NCBI GenBank assembly: GCA_964496125.1
Contig: CAZBXE010000001.1
Location: 35,486 to 99,485 of the forward strand
DNA from: an uncultured bacterium
GTDB lineage: Bacteria; Chlamydiota; Chlamydiia; Chlamydiales; CAZBXE01
DNA: 64,000 bases
Direction of reading: 5' to 3'
A model generated the notes under the pieces. That model saw nothing but the letters and a program-made list of their open reading frames with translations. It ran no database searches and was not told the origin of the DNA. Made by a program: the position numbers and the translations under genes. Below are positions 28,730-37,702 of the stretch, in pieces. The first letter of the stretch is position 1. Each line of letters opens with the position of its first letter.

Positions 28730-29209
28730 ATGACAGGTTCAACAGTTTCCCGTTTTACATCATTTTGGCCTAATTATTCGCATGAAAAGAAGGCTCTTTT
28801 CTGGAATACCACCAAAGGAAAAGCGTATGTGCCTTTGCAGCGCTTTTCTGAGTATTTGTACTATGAGGAAGAAAAGATTGAAAAAAAGACTGGGTGGTTG
28901 ATCGCCTTACGACTTAAAGACCCAGAGACAATCATTCGTATTACCGATGTTATCAAGACGACCCAATCAGAAAAGACCCTTTTTGCAGCAGGCTTTCGAG
29001 ATGAAGTGATTCGCATGTGCTCCCTTGGATCTGATTCCTGGGGCGGGAGAGTGCGGAATGTAGCTATCCTTGTGTCCTCTCTGTTTTTTGTAGGAATCCG
29101 TCCGGTAGTCTTAGTTCTTGCAGCAAGAGTTATCGGAGAGGGTATATGCCGCCTTACCCCTTTCTCTAATATAAAGCTGACCCCAAGTGAGGCAAAGGGG
29201 GTCTCTTGA
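28730..29209 (+). CDS. hypothetical protein, paralogous to the N-terminal domain of the next gene, C-terminal hydrophobic segment
   Basis: 159 aa from ATG 28730; aligns by eye with residues ~25-115 of 29206..30174. Confidence 0.75.
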   Translation: MTGSTVSRFTSFWPNYSHEKKALFWNTTKGKAYVPLQRFSEYLYYEEEKIEKKTGWLIALRLKDPETIIRITDVIKTTQSEKTLFAAGFRDEVIRMCSLGSDSWGGRVRNVAILVSSLFFVGIRPVVLVLAARVIGEGICRLTPFSNIKLTPSEAKGVS

Positions 29210-30174
29210 GCCTCCCCTCAAATGTGGTGCTTAGCCAAAGCTTGTTTTCCTGGACGATAGGGGAATGTAGAAAAACAATTCCCCTACAAAGAGGCTCTTC
29301 CATTATTTATCAAGAAGAAAAGCTCTTTGAAAAAAGGGGGATCCTTGCCTATTTGAGGCTTACTTCCCCGTTTACAGAGTACCGTGTTGTTAGGGTCATC
29401 ACGAAAACCGATTCCTTGTCTGCTTTATTCTTGGCTTCGATACGCGATTTTGCTCTCTGCTATTCTGGTCTAGGGGGGCAATCTCAGAAAGAGAGAGTGG
29501 TCAATATTGCGGTTACCATCGCTTTATTTATGTTGATGACTCCCTTTGCTGCGCTCAGGCATCTTGCTCTATTTGATACGTATCGAAGTATTCTTTCAAC
29601 AGCTGTTTGGAAGAAGGGTTTTCCCCTAGATAAAGGCACTTTTGGCAAAGTGCTTCTTGGTGCTTTGATGGTTCAGCCTGAAATGAGGATTCAGAGAAAC
29701 GTTTTCTCTTTTGCTGAAGGGGTCATGACCCCTCGAAATCTGAGCCAGTTGTCAAGTTTTTTCTACGCCGTGATTGGGGCTCCTTTGCTGGAGGAAACGA
29801 TATACCGAGGGGTTTTCTACGATAAACTCACCCCTTCTAGATATGGAGAGGAAAAGAAATCCCTTTTGAAAAAGGTGTGCCTCATTTTGACGGGTCAAGA
29901 AAAGAGAAAGAAAATACTACAGCCCCTTACGTTTAGAGACAGGTGCAGGAGAACTTTTGTCACATCTCTGCTTTTTGGACTTGCCCATTACATCCCTGGA
30001 GAAGGTTTTGCGGGGATCCCGCGAGTTTTAGGAATAACAACAAGTGGCCTTGTTCTAGGGGGACTGCGGGAAGTGACAGGTGATCTATGGGCCTCAACTA
30101 CCATGCACGCCCTTCACAATATGGTGATTAGCATTGGGGAAAATTGGCTAATGATTGACCCCTCAGTTCTTTAG
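29206..30174 (+). CDS. CPBP/Abi (type II CAAX-like) intramembrane metalloprotease with extra N-terminal domain
   Basis: LEETIYRG (EExxxR), FGLAH (FxxxH), HALHN (HxxxN); TTG start overlaps the upstream TGA. Confidence 0.8.
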   Translation: MSLPSNVVLSQSLFSWTIGECRKTIPLQRGSSIIYQEEKLFEKRGILAYLRLTSPFTEYRVVRVITKTDSLSALFLASIRDFALCYSGLGGQSQKERVVNIAVTIALFMLMTPFAALRHLALFDTYRSILSTAVWKKGFPLDKGTFGKVLLGALMVQPEMRIQRNVFSFAEGVMTPRNLSQLSSFFYAVIGAPLLEETIYRGVFYDKLTPSRYGEEKKSLLKKVCLILTGQEKRKKILQPLTFRDRCRRTFVTSLLFGLAHYIPGEGFAGIPRVLGITTSGLVLGGLREVTGDLWASTTMHALHNMVISIGENWLMIDPSVL

Positions 30175-30230
30175 TCAGATAACCTATCCGAAAAGTGGAT
30201 TCTGGACATATTAAACTTTATTTATAAGCG

Positions 30231-30258
30231 TTGACAAAATTTAACGATTCTTTATAAT
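30231..30258 (+). promoter_or_regulatory. consensus sigma70/sigma66 promoter of yicC-gmk-rpoZ-hyp-metG (leaderless geometry)
   Basis: TTGACA(30231-36)-16-TATAAT(30253-58)-6 nt-ATG 30265; no SD. Confidence 0.75.
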
Positions 30259-30264
30259 ATCTCT

Positions 30265-31146
30265 ATGATAAAAAGTATGACTGCCTTTGGTCGGGCTCGG
30301 TTAAAGAAGCCTCAAGGGTACTTCGTTGCAGAAATCCAATCCCTTAATCGTAAGCACTTAGAAATAACTACCTCGTTGCCTAAAGAGGCATATGGTCTTG
30401 AAATCGAAGTGAGAAGGCTTGTTGCTGAAATGCTTGCCAGGGGAAAAATCCAAATCAAGATCTCTCTAGAAGCCGAAGCAGAGACATCCTTACGCATTAG
30501 GCCTAATCTTGCCTTAGCCAGGGAAATAAAATCAGCGTGGCTGCAGATTGCAAAAGAGTTAAACATTCCCTTTGAGGACGCGCGTCTTTGCGAACTTTTG
30601 ATCCGCGAAAGCGCTGATCTATTAGGAAGAGAAGAAGGTGATTGTGGGGAGGAGTTAAAAGAGGGGGTGCTCGAGTCTCTCTTACTTGCCTTAAAAGATT
30701 TAGAAGTCATGCGCCAAATAGAAGGGGAGTTTTTAAAAAAAGATTTCTCAATGAGGATTGGATTGCTACGTGAGCTTTTTGGAAAGATTGAGCAGGCAGC
30801 AGGCAAAACAAAGGCAGTTTACGAAGAAAGGCTTAGAGAAAGGTTGCAAGCTTTTGATTTAGAAGATAATGAAGATAAGATTCTGAGGGAAGTAGCTCTC
30901 CTTGCAGAAAAATTAGATATCAGTGAGGAAATCACCCGTTTTCGCTCCCATCTGGACCAGTTTACTGAGATCATGAATGCCAAAGAAGGAGGAGTGGGTA
31001 AGACGCTTGACTTTTTGTTGCAGGAGCTTTTTCGTGAAGTCAACACTGTAGGATCTAAGGCGCAAGATATTGAGATCACAAGGTGGGTCATTCAGGCCAA
31101 AGGGGAGCTGGAGAGTTTGAGGGAGCAAGTGCAGAATGTCGAGTGA
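30265..31146 (+). CDS. yicC: YicC/YloC family endoribonuclease
   Basis: MIKSMTAFGR, LNRKHL, RGKI, DISEEITRFRSHL, GKTLDFLLQELFREVNTVGSK; upstream of gmk. Confidence 0.93.
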   Translation: MIKSMTAFGRARLKKPQGYFVAEIQSLNRKHLEITTSLPKEAYGLEIEVRRLVAEMLARGKIQIKISLEAEAETSLRIRPNLALAREIKSAWLQIAKELNIPFEDARLCELLIRESADLLGREEGDCGEELKEGVLESLLLALKDLEVMRQIEGEFLKKDFSMRIGLLRELFGKIEQAAGKTKAVYEERLRERLQAFDLEDNEDKILREVALLAEKLDISEEITRFRSHLDQFTEIMNAKEGGVGKTLDFLLQELFREVNTVGSKAQDIEITRWVIQAKGELESLREQVQNVE

Positions 31147-31711
31147 GCAGAAGGGGAATGTCTTTGTAATAAGCGGCCCATCAGGGGTGGGTAAAAACAC
31201 TCTTGTCGAAAGGCTGAAGAAAGAACTGCCTAACCTGACACCTAGTGTTTCCTACACGACCAGAAAACCGCGAGGAGCGGAGAAAAACGGGGTCGATTAC
31301 TATTTTGTGACCCCAGATGAGTTTGTTGCGATTGCGGAGGATGAAGGCTTCCTAGAGTGGGCCCGGGTCCATGGAAATTTTTACGGAACCTCGAGAGATT
31401 GGATTGAGGAGCAGCAAGAAAAAGGCCGAAGTGTTATCCTCGTGATTGATACGCAAGGCGCGCTCCAAGTGAAGAAGGAAATGGACGCAGTTTTGATTTT
31501 TATTGCGCCGCCTTCGATGGAAGAACTTGAGCGAAGGCTACGAATGCGGCAAACAGAAACAGATGCTGTGATTGCAACAAGGCTAGAGCGTGCTAAAGGT
31601 GAGATGAAAGTGGCAAATCGGTACGATTACCGAGTCATAAACGATACAATTGAACGAGCCTATCAGGAGCTGAAAAAGATCGTGATAGAAGAAGAAAACA
31701 AGAGGAGATAG
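31136..31711 (+). CDS. gmk: guanylate kinase
   Basis: ISGPSGVGKNT, SYTTRKPRGAE, DYYFV, GNFYGT. Confidence 0.97.
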   Translation: MSSEQKGNVFVISGPSGVGKNTLVERLKKELPNLTPSVSYTTRKPRGAEKNGVDYYFVTPDEFVAIAEDEGFLEWARVHGNFYGTSRDWIEEQQEKGRSVILVIDTQGALQVKKEMDAVLIFIAPPSMEELERRLRMRQTETDAVIATRLERAKGEMKVANRYDYRVINDTIERAYQELKKIVIEEENKRR

Positions 31712-31718
31712 GAGAATT

Positions 31719-32000
31719 ATGGTTGCAAAAGAAGCACTGACGAACGAAGGCCTACTGAAAGACCGATTTGATAGTACCTTCGAATTCGTAAATTATGCTA
31801 TTCACAGAGCAGAAGATATGATCAAAACGGGGAGAACGACGTATGTTTATACAGATATACAAAACCCCGCCGTCCAAATTCTTCTTGAGATTGCCGAACG
31901 GAAAGATTTGCAGCATGACATCTATGAAGACGAAGACGAAGATGAAGATGATGAAGGTGAAGAGTTTGTAGACATTGAGGTGGACGAAGTGAATGCCTGA
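31719..32000 (+). CDS. rpoZ: probable RNA polymerase omega subunit (chlamydial type) with acidic tail
   Basis: Directly after gmk; LTNEGL..RFDSTFEFVNYAI resembles the omega N-terminus; the gmk-rpoZ linkage is established for chlamydiae. Confidence 0.7.
   Translation: MVAKEALTNEGLLKDRFDSTFEFVNYAIHRAEDMIKTGRTTYVYTDIQNPAVQILLEIAERKDLQHDIYEDEDEDEDDEGEEFVDIEVDEVNA
31926..31949 (+). repeat. (GAAGAY)4 hexamer repeat encoding EDEDEDED
   Basis: gaagac gaagac gaagat gaagat, in frame in the rpoZ tail. Confidence 0.6.
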
Positions 32001-32616
32001 CCCAGGATTTACAAGCTCCAATGCGGTGCTTTTCTGGCAGATCATGGGGGCTTTTTTTGCCCTGGTAATGGGGACTTTACTTATTGTATTTGTCAATTAC
32101 CTACTCTCCAAAAAGTTTAAGGGCGCTGTCTGCCCGTATACTGGGGAGCCAGTAAGGCCCTGTCAACACCTAGAATTTTCACTTAGGGAGAAGGCTTACG
32201 AATGGTTTAATCAGCATGAGGCTTACCGCAACCAACGGATTGATTTTAGGAGGGCCGCCTACTGCCGAAGGACGGGGAGGATCTTCCCTGATTGTATTAA
32301 ATTTTGGGGGGGTATTTTTCTAGACTGGACATTCCTACGTAAACGCTGCCCAGGAACTTGGGTATCTTGGGGTAGTTTAAGCCTTGCGCAGAAAAGAGCT
32401 ATTCAAGAGGCCCAAGGTTCTCTTGAGGGCTACCAGACAGAATACTCAAGTCAAAGGCCCGCTCCTCGAATGATTGAAAAGGAATATATTTATTTAACCC
32501 CGGGCCCCCTTTATGTAGATCTTGCTACGAAAGTCGTGATGGGCTGGAAAGTGGTTCCCGGAACAGATCTTGAAGTGCTCATTGTGCAAAACCCGGAAGG
32601 AAAAACTTCGGTATGA
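31993..32616 (+). CDS. hypothetical membrane-anchored Cys-containing protein
   Basis: N-terminal TM helix, then CPYTG..PC..C..C..C; overlaps both neighbours. Confidence 0.8.
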   Translation: MPDPGFTSSNAVLFWQIMGAFFALVMGTLLIVFVNYLLSKKFKGAVCPYTGEPVRPCQHLEFSLREKAYEWFNQHEAYRNQRIDFRRAAYCRRTGRIFPDCIKFWGGIFLDWTFLRKRCPGTWVSWGSLSLAQKRAIQEAQGSLEGYQTEYSSQRPAPRMIEKEYIYLTPGPLYVDLATKVVMGWKVVPGTDLEVLIVQNPEGKTSV

Positions 32617-34631
32617 CGGAAAAGATTCTTATCACCTCAGCTCTTTTATACGCAAACGGACCTCTCCATTTTGGACACATCGCAGGAGCGTATCTTCCCG
32701 GGGATGTCTACGCTAGATTTGAACGCCTCCTTGGCAATGATGTCCTCTATATCTCCGGGTCAGATGAATATGGTGTTGCCATTACGTATGCAGCAGATGT
32801 CACTGGGAGGACGCCTAAAGAGCATGTTGATCTTTACCATGAGATCAATAAGAAACTCTTCCAAGATCTAAACTTCTCTTTCGACCACTACTCCCGCACG
32901 ACCTGGGAAGGACACATAAAGCCAACCCAAGACTATTTCTTAGAACTCTTGGCAGCAGGCTACATTGAAGAGAGGGTGACAGACCAGCTTTACTCCGAAA
33001 AGGAACAAAAGTTTCTGGCAGACCGGTATGTGGAAGGGGATTGCCCACACTGCGGCAAGCCAGGGGCAAGAGGTGATGAGTGTCCTTCTTGTGGAGCAAG
33101 CTTTGACGCAACGGATCTGAAAAATCCAAGGTCTAAGCTTACGGGATCTCCCTTAGTCTTCAAGCCTACAAACCAATGGTTTTTGCGCCTTGATCTCTTA
33201 AAGTCTAGATTGCAAGAGTGGCTTGCGACAAAAAACTGGAAGCCCAACGTTGTAAATTTTATTAAAAAATTTGTTGACGACTTGGAGCCTCGCGCCATTA
33301 CTCGTGACTCTACTTGGGGTGTTCCCATTCCGCTTCCAAACACCGAGGGAAAGGTCCTCTACGTTTGGTTTGATGCCCCGATTGGATATATTTCGGCTAG
33401 TATGGAGTGGGCTGAAATCAAAGGAAAGAGAGAGGCTTGGAAAGACTACTGGCTCGATCCTAAGACAAAGCTTGTGCATTTCATCGGCAAAGATAACATT
33501 CTTTTCCATGCCGCCATTTTTCCTGCAATGACAATGGGGCAGAAAAAGCCATACAAGCTCGTCGATGAGCTCCCAGCCAATGAGTTTTATTATCTTGAAG
33601 GAAAGAAGTTTAGTAAAACTGAAGGTTGGTATATAGACTTTGACGACTTTTTTACAAAATACACCTCTGACCAGCTCCGCTATGCCATCGCTGCGAGTGC
33701 CCCTGAGACAGCAGATGCTGATTTCACCTGGCAAGATTTCCAGGTGCGCTGCAATGCAGAGCTTTTAGGAAAGTTTGGTAATCTTGTGAACCGCACTCTT
33801 GTTTTTGCAGACAAAAATTGTGATGCGAAAGTGCCCTCTCCAGCTGGCTTGGAAGTGATTGACACAGAGTTTTTAGCAAAGGTAAAACATCTTGTGGATG
33901 AGGCAAGAGAGTGCTACGGTTCATTTAAAATTCGTAAGGCATGTCAAATCATTATGGAACTTGCGCAGGAGGGGAACGTCTATTTTAACGACAAGGCTCC
34001 TTGGAAAGATGCGAAAGCTCCTGAGACAAAACAGCGTCTTGCAAATACTCTCTTTTGCTCACTTGAGTGCTTAAAAGCTTTGGCCCTCATTTCTCAGCCG
34101 ATCATTCCGCATAGCTCTGATAAGCTTTGGAGCATGCTTGGGTTCAAAACAACGCTTGCAAAATCGAAATGGGAGGCATTGAAAGAAAAGCCTATCCCTC
34201 CCGGGCAAGCTCTGTCGCGGGAGCCTGTCATCTTATTCCGCAAGATTGAACAGGAAGAGATAGATGAAGAAATCAAAAAGCTTAAAAGCGCCGGTGCGGC
34301 TTGTACAAAACCTCAGATTTCTATCGATGATTTTGACAAGATGGACCTTCGAGTAGGGAAAATTGTGGAAGCTGCACCTGTCCCTAAAAGTAAACGGCTT
34401 CTCAAGCTGCAGATTGACCTGGGCTTTGAAAAAAGAGTTGTGGTTTCAGGAATCAGTGAACACTATCAAATAGAGGAGCTAGTTGGGAAGAAAGTGATCG
34501 TTGTTGCTAACCTTGCCCCTGCGAAGTTGATGGGAATTGAGAGTCGTGGGATGGTTCTTTGTGCCAAGCAAGATGGGGATCTAGAGATTCTTACTGTGAC
34601 AGAAATCGCTCCTGGTTCTAGTGTTAGTTAG
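32613..34631 (+). CDS. metG: methionine--tRNA ligase with C-terminal tRNA-binding (Trbp111-like) domain
   Basis: YANGPLHFGH, CPHC..CPSC zinc knuckles, KFSKT, DFDKMDLRVGKI...ANLAPAKLMGIES. Confidence 0.97.
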   Translation: MTEKILITSALLYANGPLHFGHIAGAYLPGDVYARFERLLGNDVLYISGSDEYGVAITYAADVTGRTPKEHVDLYHEINKKLFQDLNFSFDHYSRTTWEGHIKPTQDYFLELLAAGYIEERVTDQLYSEKEQKFLADRYVEGDCPHCGKPGARGDECPSCGASFDATDLKNPRSKLTGSPLVFKPTNQWFLRLDLLKSRLQEWLATKNWKPNVVNFIKKFVDDLEPRAITRDSTWGVPIPLPNTEGKVLYVWFDAPIGYISASMEWAEIKGKREAWKDYWLDPKTKLVHFIGKDNILFHAAIFPAMTMGQKKPYKLVDELPANEFYYLEGKKFSKTEGWYIDFDDFFTKYTSDQLRYAIAASAPETADADFTWQDFQVRCNAELLGKFGNLVNRTLVFADKNCDAKVPSPAGLEVIDTEFLAKVKHLVDEARECYGSFKIRKACQIIMELAQEGNVYFNDKAPWKDAKAPETKQRLANTLFCSLECLKALALISQPIIPHSSDKLWSMLGFKTTLAKSKWEALKEKPIPPGQALSREPVILFRKIEQEEIDEEIKKLKSAGAACTKPQISIDDFDKMDLRVGKIVEAAPVPKSKRLLKLQIDLGFEKRVVVSGISEHYQIEELVGKKVIVVANLAPAKLMGIESRGMVLCAKQDGDLEILTVTEIAPGSSVS

Positions 34632-34694
34632 ATATATTAAGTTTGTGTTAAGATTCATACAGGAAATCCTAATTTTTGGTATTATTGGGAGCGT

Positions 34695-35108
34695 ATGATA
34701 GAACTATTCGAGATATCACTTGTTGATACAGGTGTTCTTTGGGATACAATTGTTAGGGAGGAGCTGGGTGCTGATCCTAGGTTTGGCCGGCAGATTGCCT
34801 TGATGACGCTAGAGCGCCTCAAGGAAGCGGACCGCAAACTTGCCATCGTCGCCCTCAATGCAGATGGAATCATGACCAAAATGGTCGGTTCGGGCAGCGA
34901 GATGAACTTCCTAGAAGTGGAAAAGGTGTTTGTCAAGCAGGCTTCTTGTGGAGATGTGCGGGTAGATACGTTAATCCATCGCATTTTACAGGCTAAAGTG
35001 GATAAGGAAGACGTCTTCCTTAGTGAAGAGGAGACGAAGCTCATGCAAGAACTTGACAGTAGTATCCTTAAGCTTGCGCAAGAAGCCAAAAATCTCAAGA
35101 AGCTCTAA
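34695..35108 (+). CDS. hypothetical protein
   Basis: 137-aa ORF, extended -10 candidate TGgTATTAT 9 nt upstream; no motif recognised. Confidence 0.6.
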   Translation: MIELFEISLVDTGVLWDTIVREELGADPRFGRQIALMTLERLKEADRKLAIVALNADGIMTKMVGSGSEMNFLEVEKVFVKQASCGDVRVDTLIHRILQAKVDKEDVFLSEEETKLMQELDSSILKLAQEAKNLKKL

Positions 35109-36826
35109 TTCTTAAAGTAGAGAGCCCAGTTTTCGGTTACTAACTTTTCCGTGATGGGGTCGCATTCTACTTCTTTGGGATACGTTTTTTTCATCTTTGC
35201 ATTGATCAGCAGGGAGCCTTGCGAGGTAATGTGGTTACGGTAGATCTCCTGTTTTCCTGCATATATGTCCGCTGCTGGCTCAAACCGGGTAAACACGGTC
35301 CAGAGAAAGGCTTGTTCTGAGGCATTTGCCTTCTTTACATCATCGACTAAAATAAGAAGCGGCCATGAGGGGAACAGTGTGCAAAGAGTGCTATAGTCTT
35401 CGCTTTCTGACTCAATTAAAAGGCAACCTGGACAGTAAGGAGCAGCTCTTTTGATCTGGGAAGGAAGAGTGCCAACGAGTGCCTCGGGCAGCTGTCGAAT
35501 CTTTTCTCCTATCCCCAGCATTACGCCGCGCGAGCCACGGTTTAACGAAGGGCCTGTATAATCTAGTGTATCAAGAGAGAGATTTGAAAAGACATACAGA
35601 TCTGTTTCTGGCTTAAATCTTTCTAAAATAGTCCTTAGAACGATTTTACTGTCTTGCACGTTCACATTTTGATCGGTAAGAAGTAAGAATTTTGTAAGTG
35701 CTAATTGTCCTTCTCCAAGGATTCTGAAGGCAGATGTCATGCATTCTCGATAGTACCTTTCTTTAACAACAGCAGTGGCAAGGGAATGAAAACCAGTCTC
35801 TCCGTAACTCCAGAGAGCTTTTACACCTGGCATGACGACGGGAAAGAGGGGGGAGAGGAGCTTTTGTAGATAGTTGCCGATGTAGTAGTCTTCTTGGCGA
35901 GGCTTGCCGACAACTGTAGCTGGGAAAATCGCGTCTTTGCGGTGGTAGAGGGTGTGGCATTCAAAAACAGGAAAGTCATGATCCAGGCTGTAGTAACCAA
36001 AATGATCACCAAAGGGGCCTTCGATGTGCCGTTTATAGGGATGCGCCTTTCCGAGTAGAGCAAACTCAGCACTAGCTATCAGTGGGTGTGGTGTATATGG
36101 ACTTTTGGCTATAGAAACGGACTTTTCCTGTAAGAGTGAGCAGAGAAGTAGCTCTGGGACATTTTCCGGTAGGGGAGCGATAGCACTCATGATCAAAGCG
36201 GGCGACCCTCCGAGGAAGATAGTTACATCGAGAGGTACATTTTTTTGTTCAGCTTGGTAGTAGTGAAATCCACCACCCTTTGCAATTTGCCAATGGAGTC
36301 CAGTTGTGTTTTTGCTGTGGCGTTGAATGCGATAGATGCCGAGATTAGGCGGTCCACCATTTGGGTCTTCTGTATAGACAAGGGGCAAGGTAAGGAAGAA
36401 CCCTCCATCCTCAGGCCACGATTTTGTAAAGGGAAGAGTGTTAAGGTCGGGAGAGCGTGAGCAGACGTCTAGAATCTCTGCCTTGCGTGTAGTGCGTGTT
36501 CCCAATTTAAGCAGCGAGGTGAGAGCTCTTCGCTTTTTCCAGAGAGTGTTGAAGGAAGGTGGAAAGTCTCTTGTGGCAAGATTCACAAGATCAGCTACGA
36601 TCTCTTCTGGGCGATTGTGAAAAGCGAGATCCACACGCTTTTGTGTACCAAAGAGATTGGTCACTACTGGAAAAGAGCTTCCTTTAACGCGGTGGAAGAG
36701 GAGTGCGGGTCCCCCTTGTTCGATAATGCGCCGGTGAATCTCAGGGAGTTCTAGATCAGGGTCCACTTCGTGATAGATATCACAGATCTCCCGCTGCTGT
36801 CGTAGACGGGAGAGATAATCACGCAT
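35105..36826 (-). CDS. ubiD: UbiD-family (prFMN) decarboxylase, probably menaquinone (futalosine-type) biosynthesis
   Basis: WPEDGG, NLGIYR, EGPFGDHFGYYS, VVGKPRQED, DTLDYTG; next to rpmB, like C. trachomatis CT085. Confidence 0.88.
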   Translation of the reverse strand: MRDYLSRLRQQREICDIYHEVDPDLELPEIHRRIIEQGGPALLFHRVKGSSFPVVTNLFGTQKRVDLAFHNRPEEIVADLVNLATRDFPPSFNTLWKKRRALTSLLKLGTRTTRKAEILDVCSRSPDLNTLPFTKSWPEDGGFFLTLPLVYTEDPNGGPPNLGIYRIQRHSKNTTGLHWQIAKGGGFHYYQAEQKNVPLDVTIFLGGSPALIMSAIAPLPENVPELLLCSLLQEKSVSIAKSPYTPHPLIASAEFALLGKAHPYKRHIEGPFGDHFGYYSLDHDFPVFECHTLYHRKDAIFPATVVGKPRQEDYYIGNYLQKLLSPLFPVVMPGVKALWSYGETGFHSLATAVVKERYYRECMTSAFRILGEGQLALTKFLLLTDQNVNVQDSKIVLRTILERFKPETDLYVFSNLSLDTLDYTGPSLNRGSRGVMLGIGEKIRQLPEALVGTLPSQIKRAAPYCPGCLLIESESEDYSTLCTLFPSWPLLILVDDVKKANASEQAFLWTVFTRFEPAADIYAGKQEIYRNHITSQGSLLINAKMKKTYPKEVECDPITEKLVTENWALYFKN

Positions 36827-36832
36827 AGACCT

Positions 36833-37114
36833 TTAAGCTCTTTTCAGTTTTTCCTTAGTTCTAATGTCCTTAAGGACGACATCTACACCTCTTTTGTCAA
36901 TAGTGCGTAGTGCAGCGGCTGAGAGAGGAAGAGTGATGAATTTTTTCTCTTCTGGAGACCAGAGTCTTTTTTTCTTGATGTTCGCTTTGAAACGGCGGCT
37001 GGTGATCCCTGTGGTTTTCAGACCAATCCCCTTTTTTTTCTTTGCGATACCACGTGTGGCATAGCTTCTCCCTTGACGGGACTGCTTTCCTGTTACAGAA
37101 CAAATTTTGGGCAT
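36833..37114 (-). CDS. rpmB: 50S ribosomal protein L28
   Basis: CSVTGK, KKGIGLKTTG, RRFKANI, LRTIDKRG. Confidence 0.96.
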   Translation of the reverse strand: MPKICSVTGKQSRQGRSYATRGIAKKKKGIGLKTTGITSRRFKANIKKKRLWSPEEKKFITLPLSAAALRTIDKRGVDVVLKDIRTKEKLKRA

Positions 37115-37149
37115 TTCGGAGCTCCGAGGTTTAAAGAATTTAAGGCACG

Positions 37150-37178
37150 ATCATACCAAGAGTGCTCCTTTTTCTCAA
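37150..37178 (-). promoter_or_regulatory. promoter of rpmB-ubiD
   Basis: TTGAGA-17-TATGAT with TG extension. Confidence 0.6.
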
Positions 37179-37210
37179 GAAAAATGTGGCAAGATTGTGC
37201 AAAGGTGACT

Positions 37211-37639
37211 TTAGTCTAGGGGGAGCCAGCGTTCGTTGACGTTAAATCTCTTATTGATGTGCCTTTGTCTCTCTTTTTCCACCTGTGCTTCATCCTCAGA
37301 GGGGTCTCGAATAGAGATGTTTTTTACCTCCTCTACTTTGTTTTTAAGAGCTATGATTTCACTCCAGACATCGGGCTCGATCGCGGACTTGCTTTTGAGA
37401 AGCTTTTCAAGCTCTGAGATCGCGGCACCTAGCTCTTTGTACGCCTCGGGTTCTTTTTTTATCAGACGACAAAGGTCTTTAACGAACCCTTTAATTACAA
37501 GTCTTTTATCTTTGATTTCTGCACCTGCGGAAGGAGTGCCTGTGAGTGCTTCGGCAAGCCACAAAAGGTCTTCTAGCTTAATCTTATAAAGCACATCGGC
37601 AATTGCTTTTTCCACAAGAGAGAGGTTGATCTTTGCCAT
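37211..37639 (-). CDS. hypothetical helical protein
   Basis: 142 aa; promoter candidate TTGTCA-17-TAGAAA-6 nt-ATG. Confidence 0.75.
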   Translation of the reverse strand: MAKINLSLVEKAIADVLYKIKLEDLLWLAEALTGTPSAGAEIKDKRLVIKGFVKDLCRLIKKEPEAYKELGAAISELEKLLKSKSAIEPDVWSEIIALKNKVEEVKNISIRDPSEDEAQVEKERQRHINKRFNVNERWLPLD

Positions 37640-37702
37640 GAGTTTTTTCTATCAGGAAAAAATTAAACTGACAATTTTTAAGAAAAAGATAAATATGCGG
37701 TT

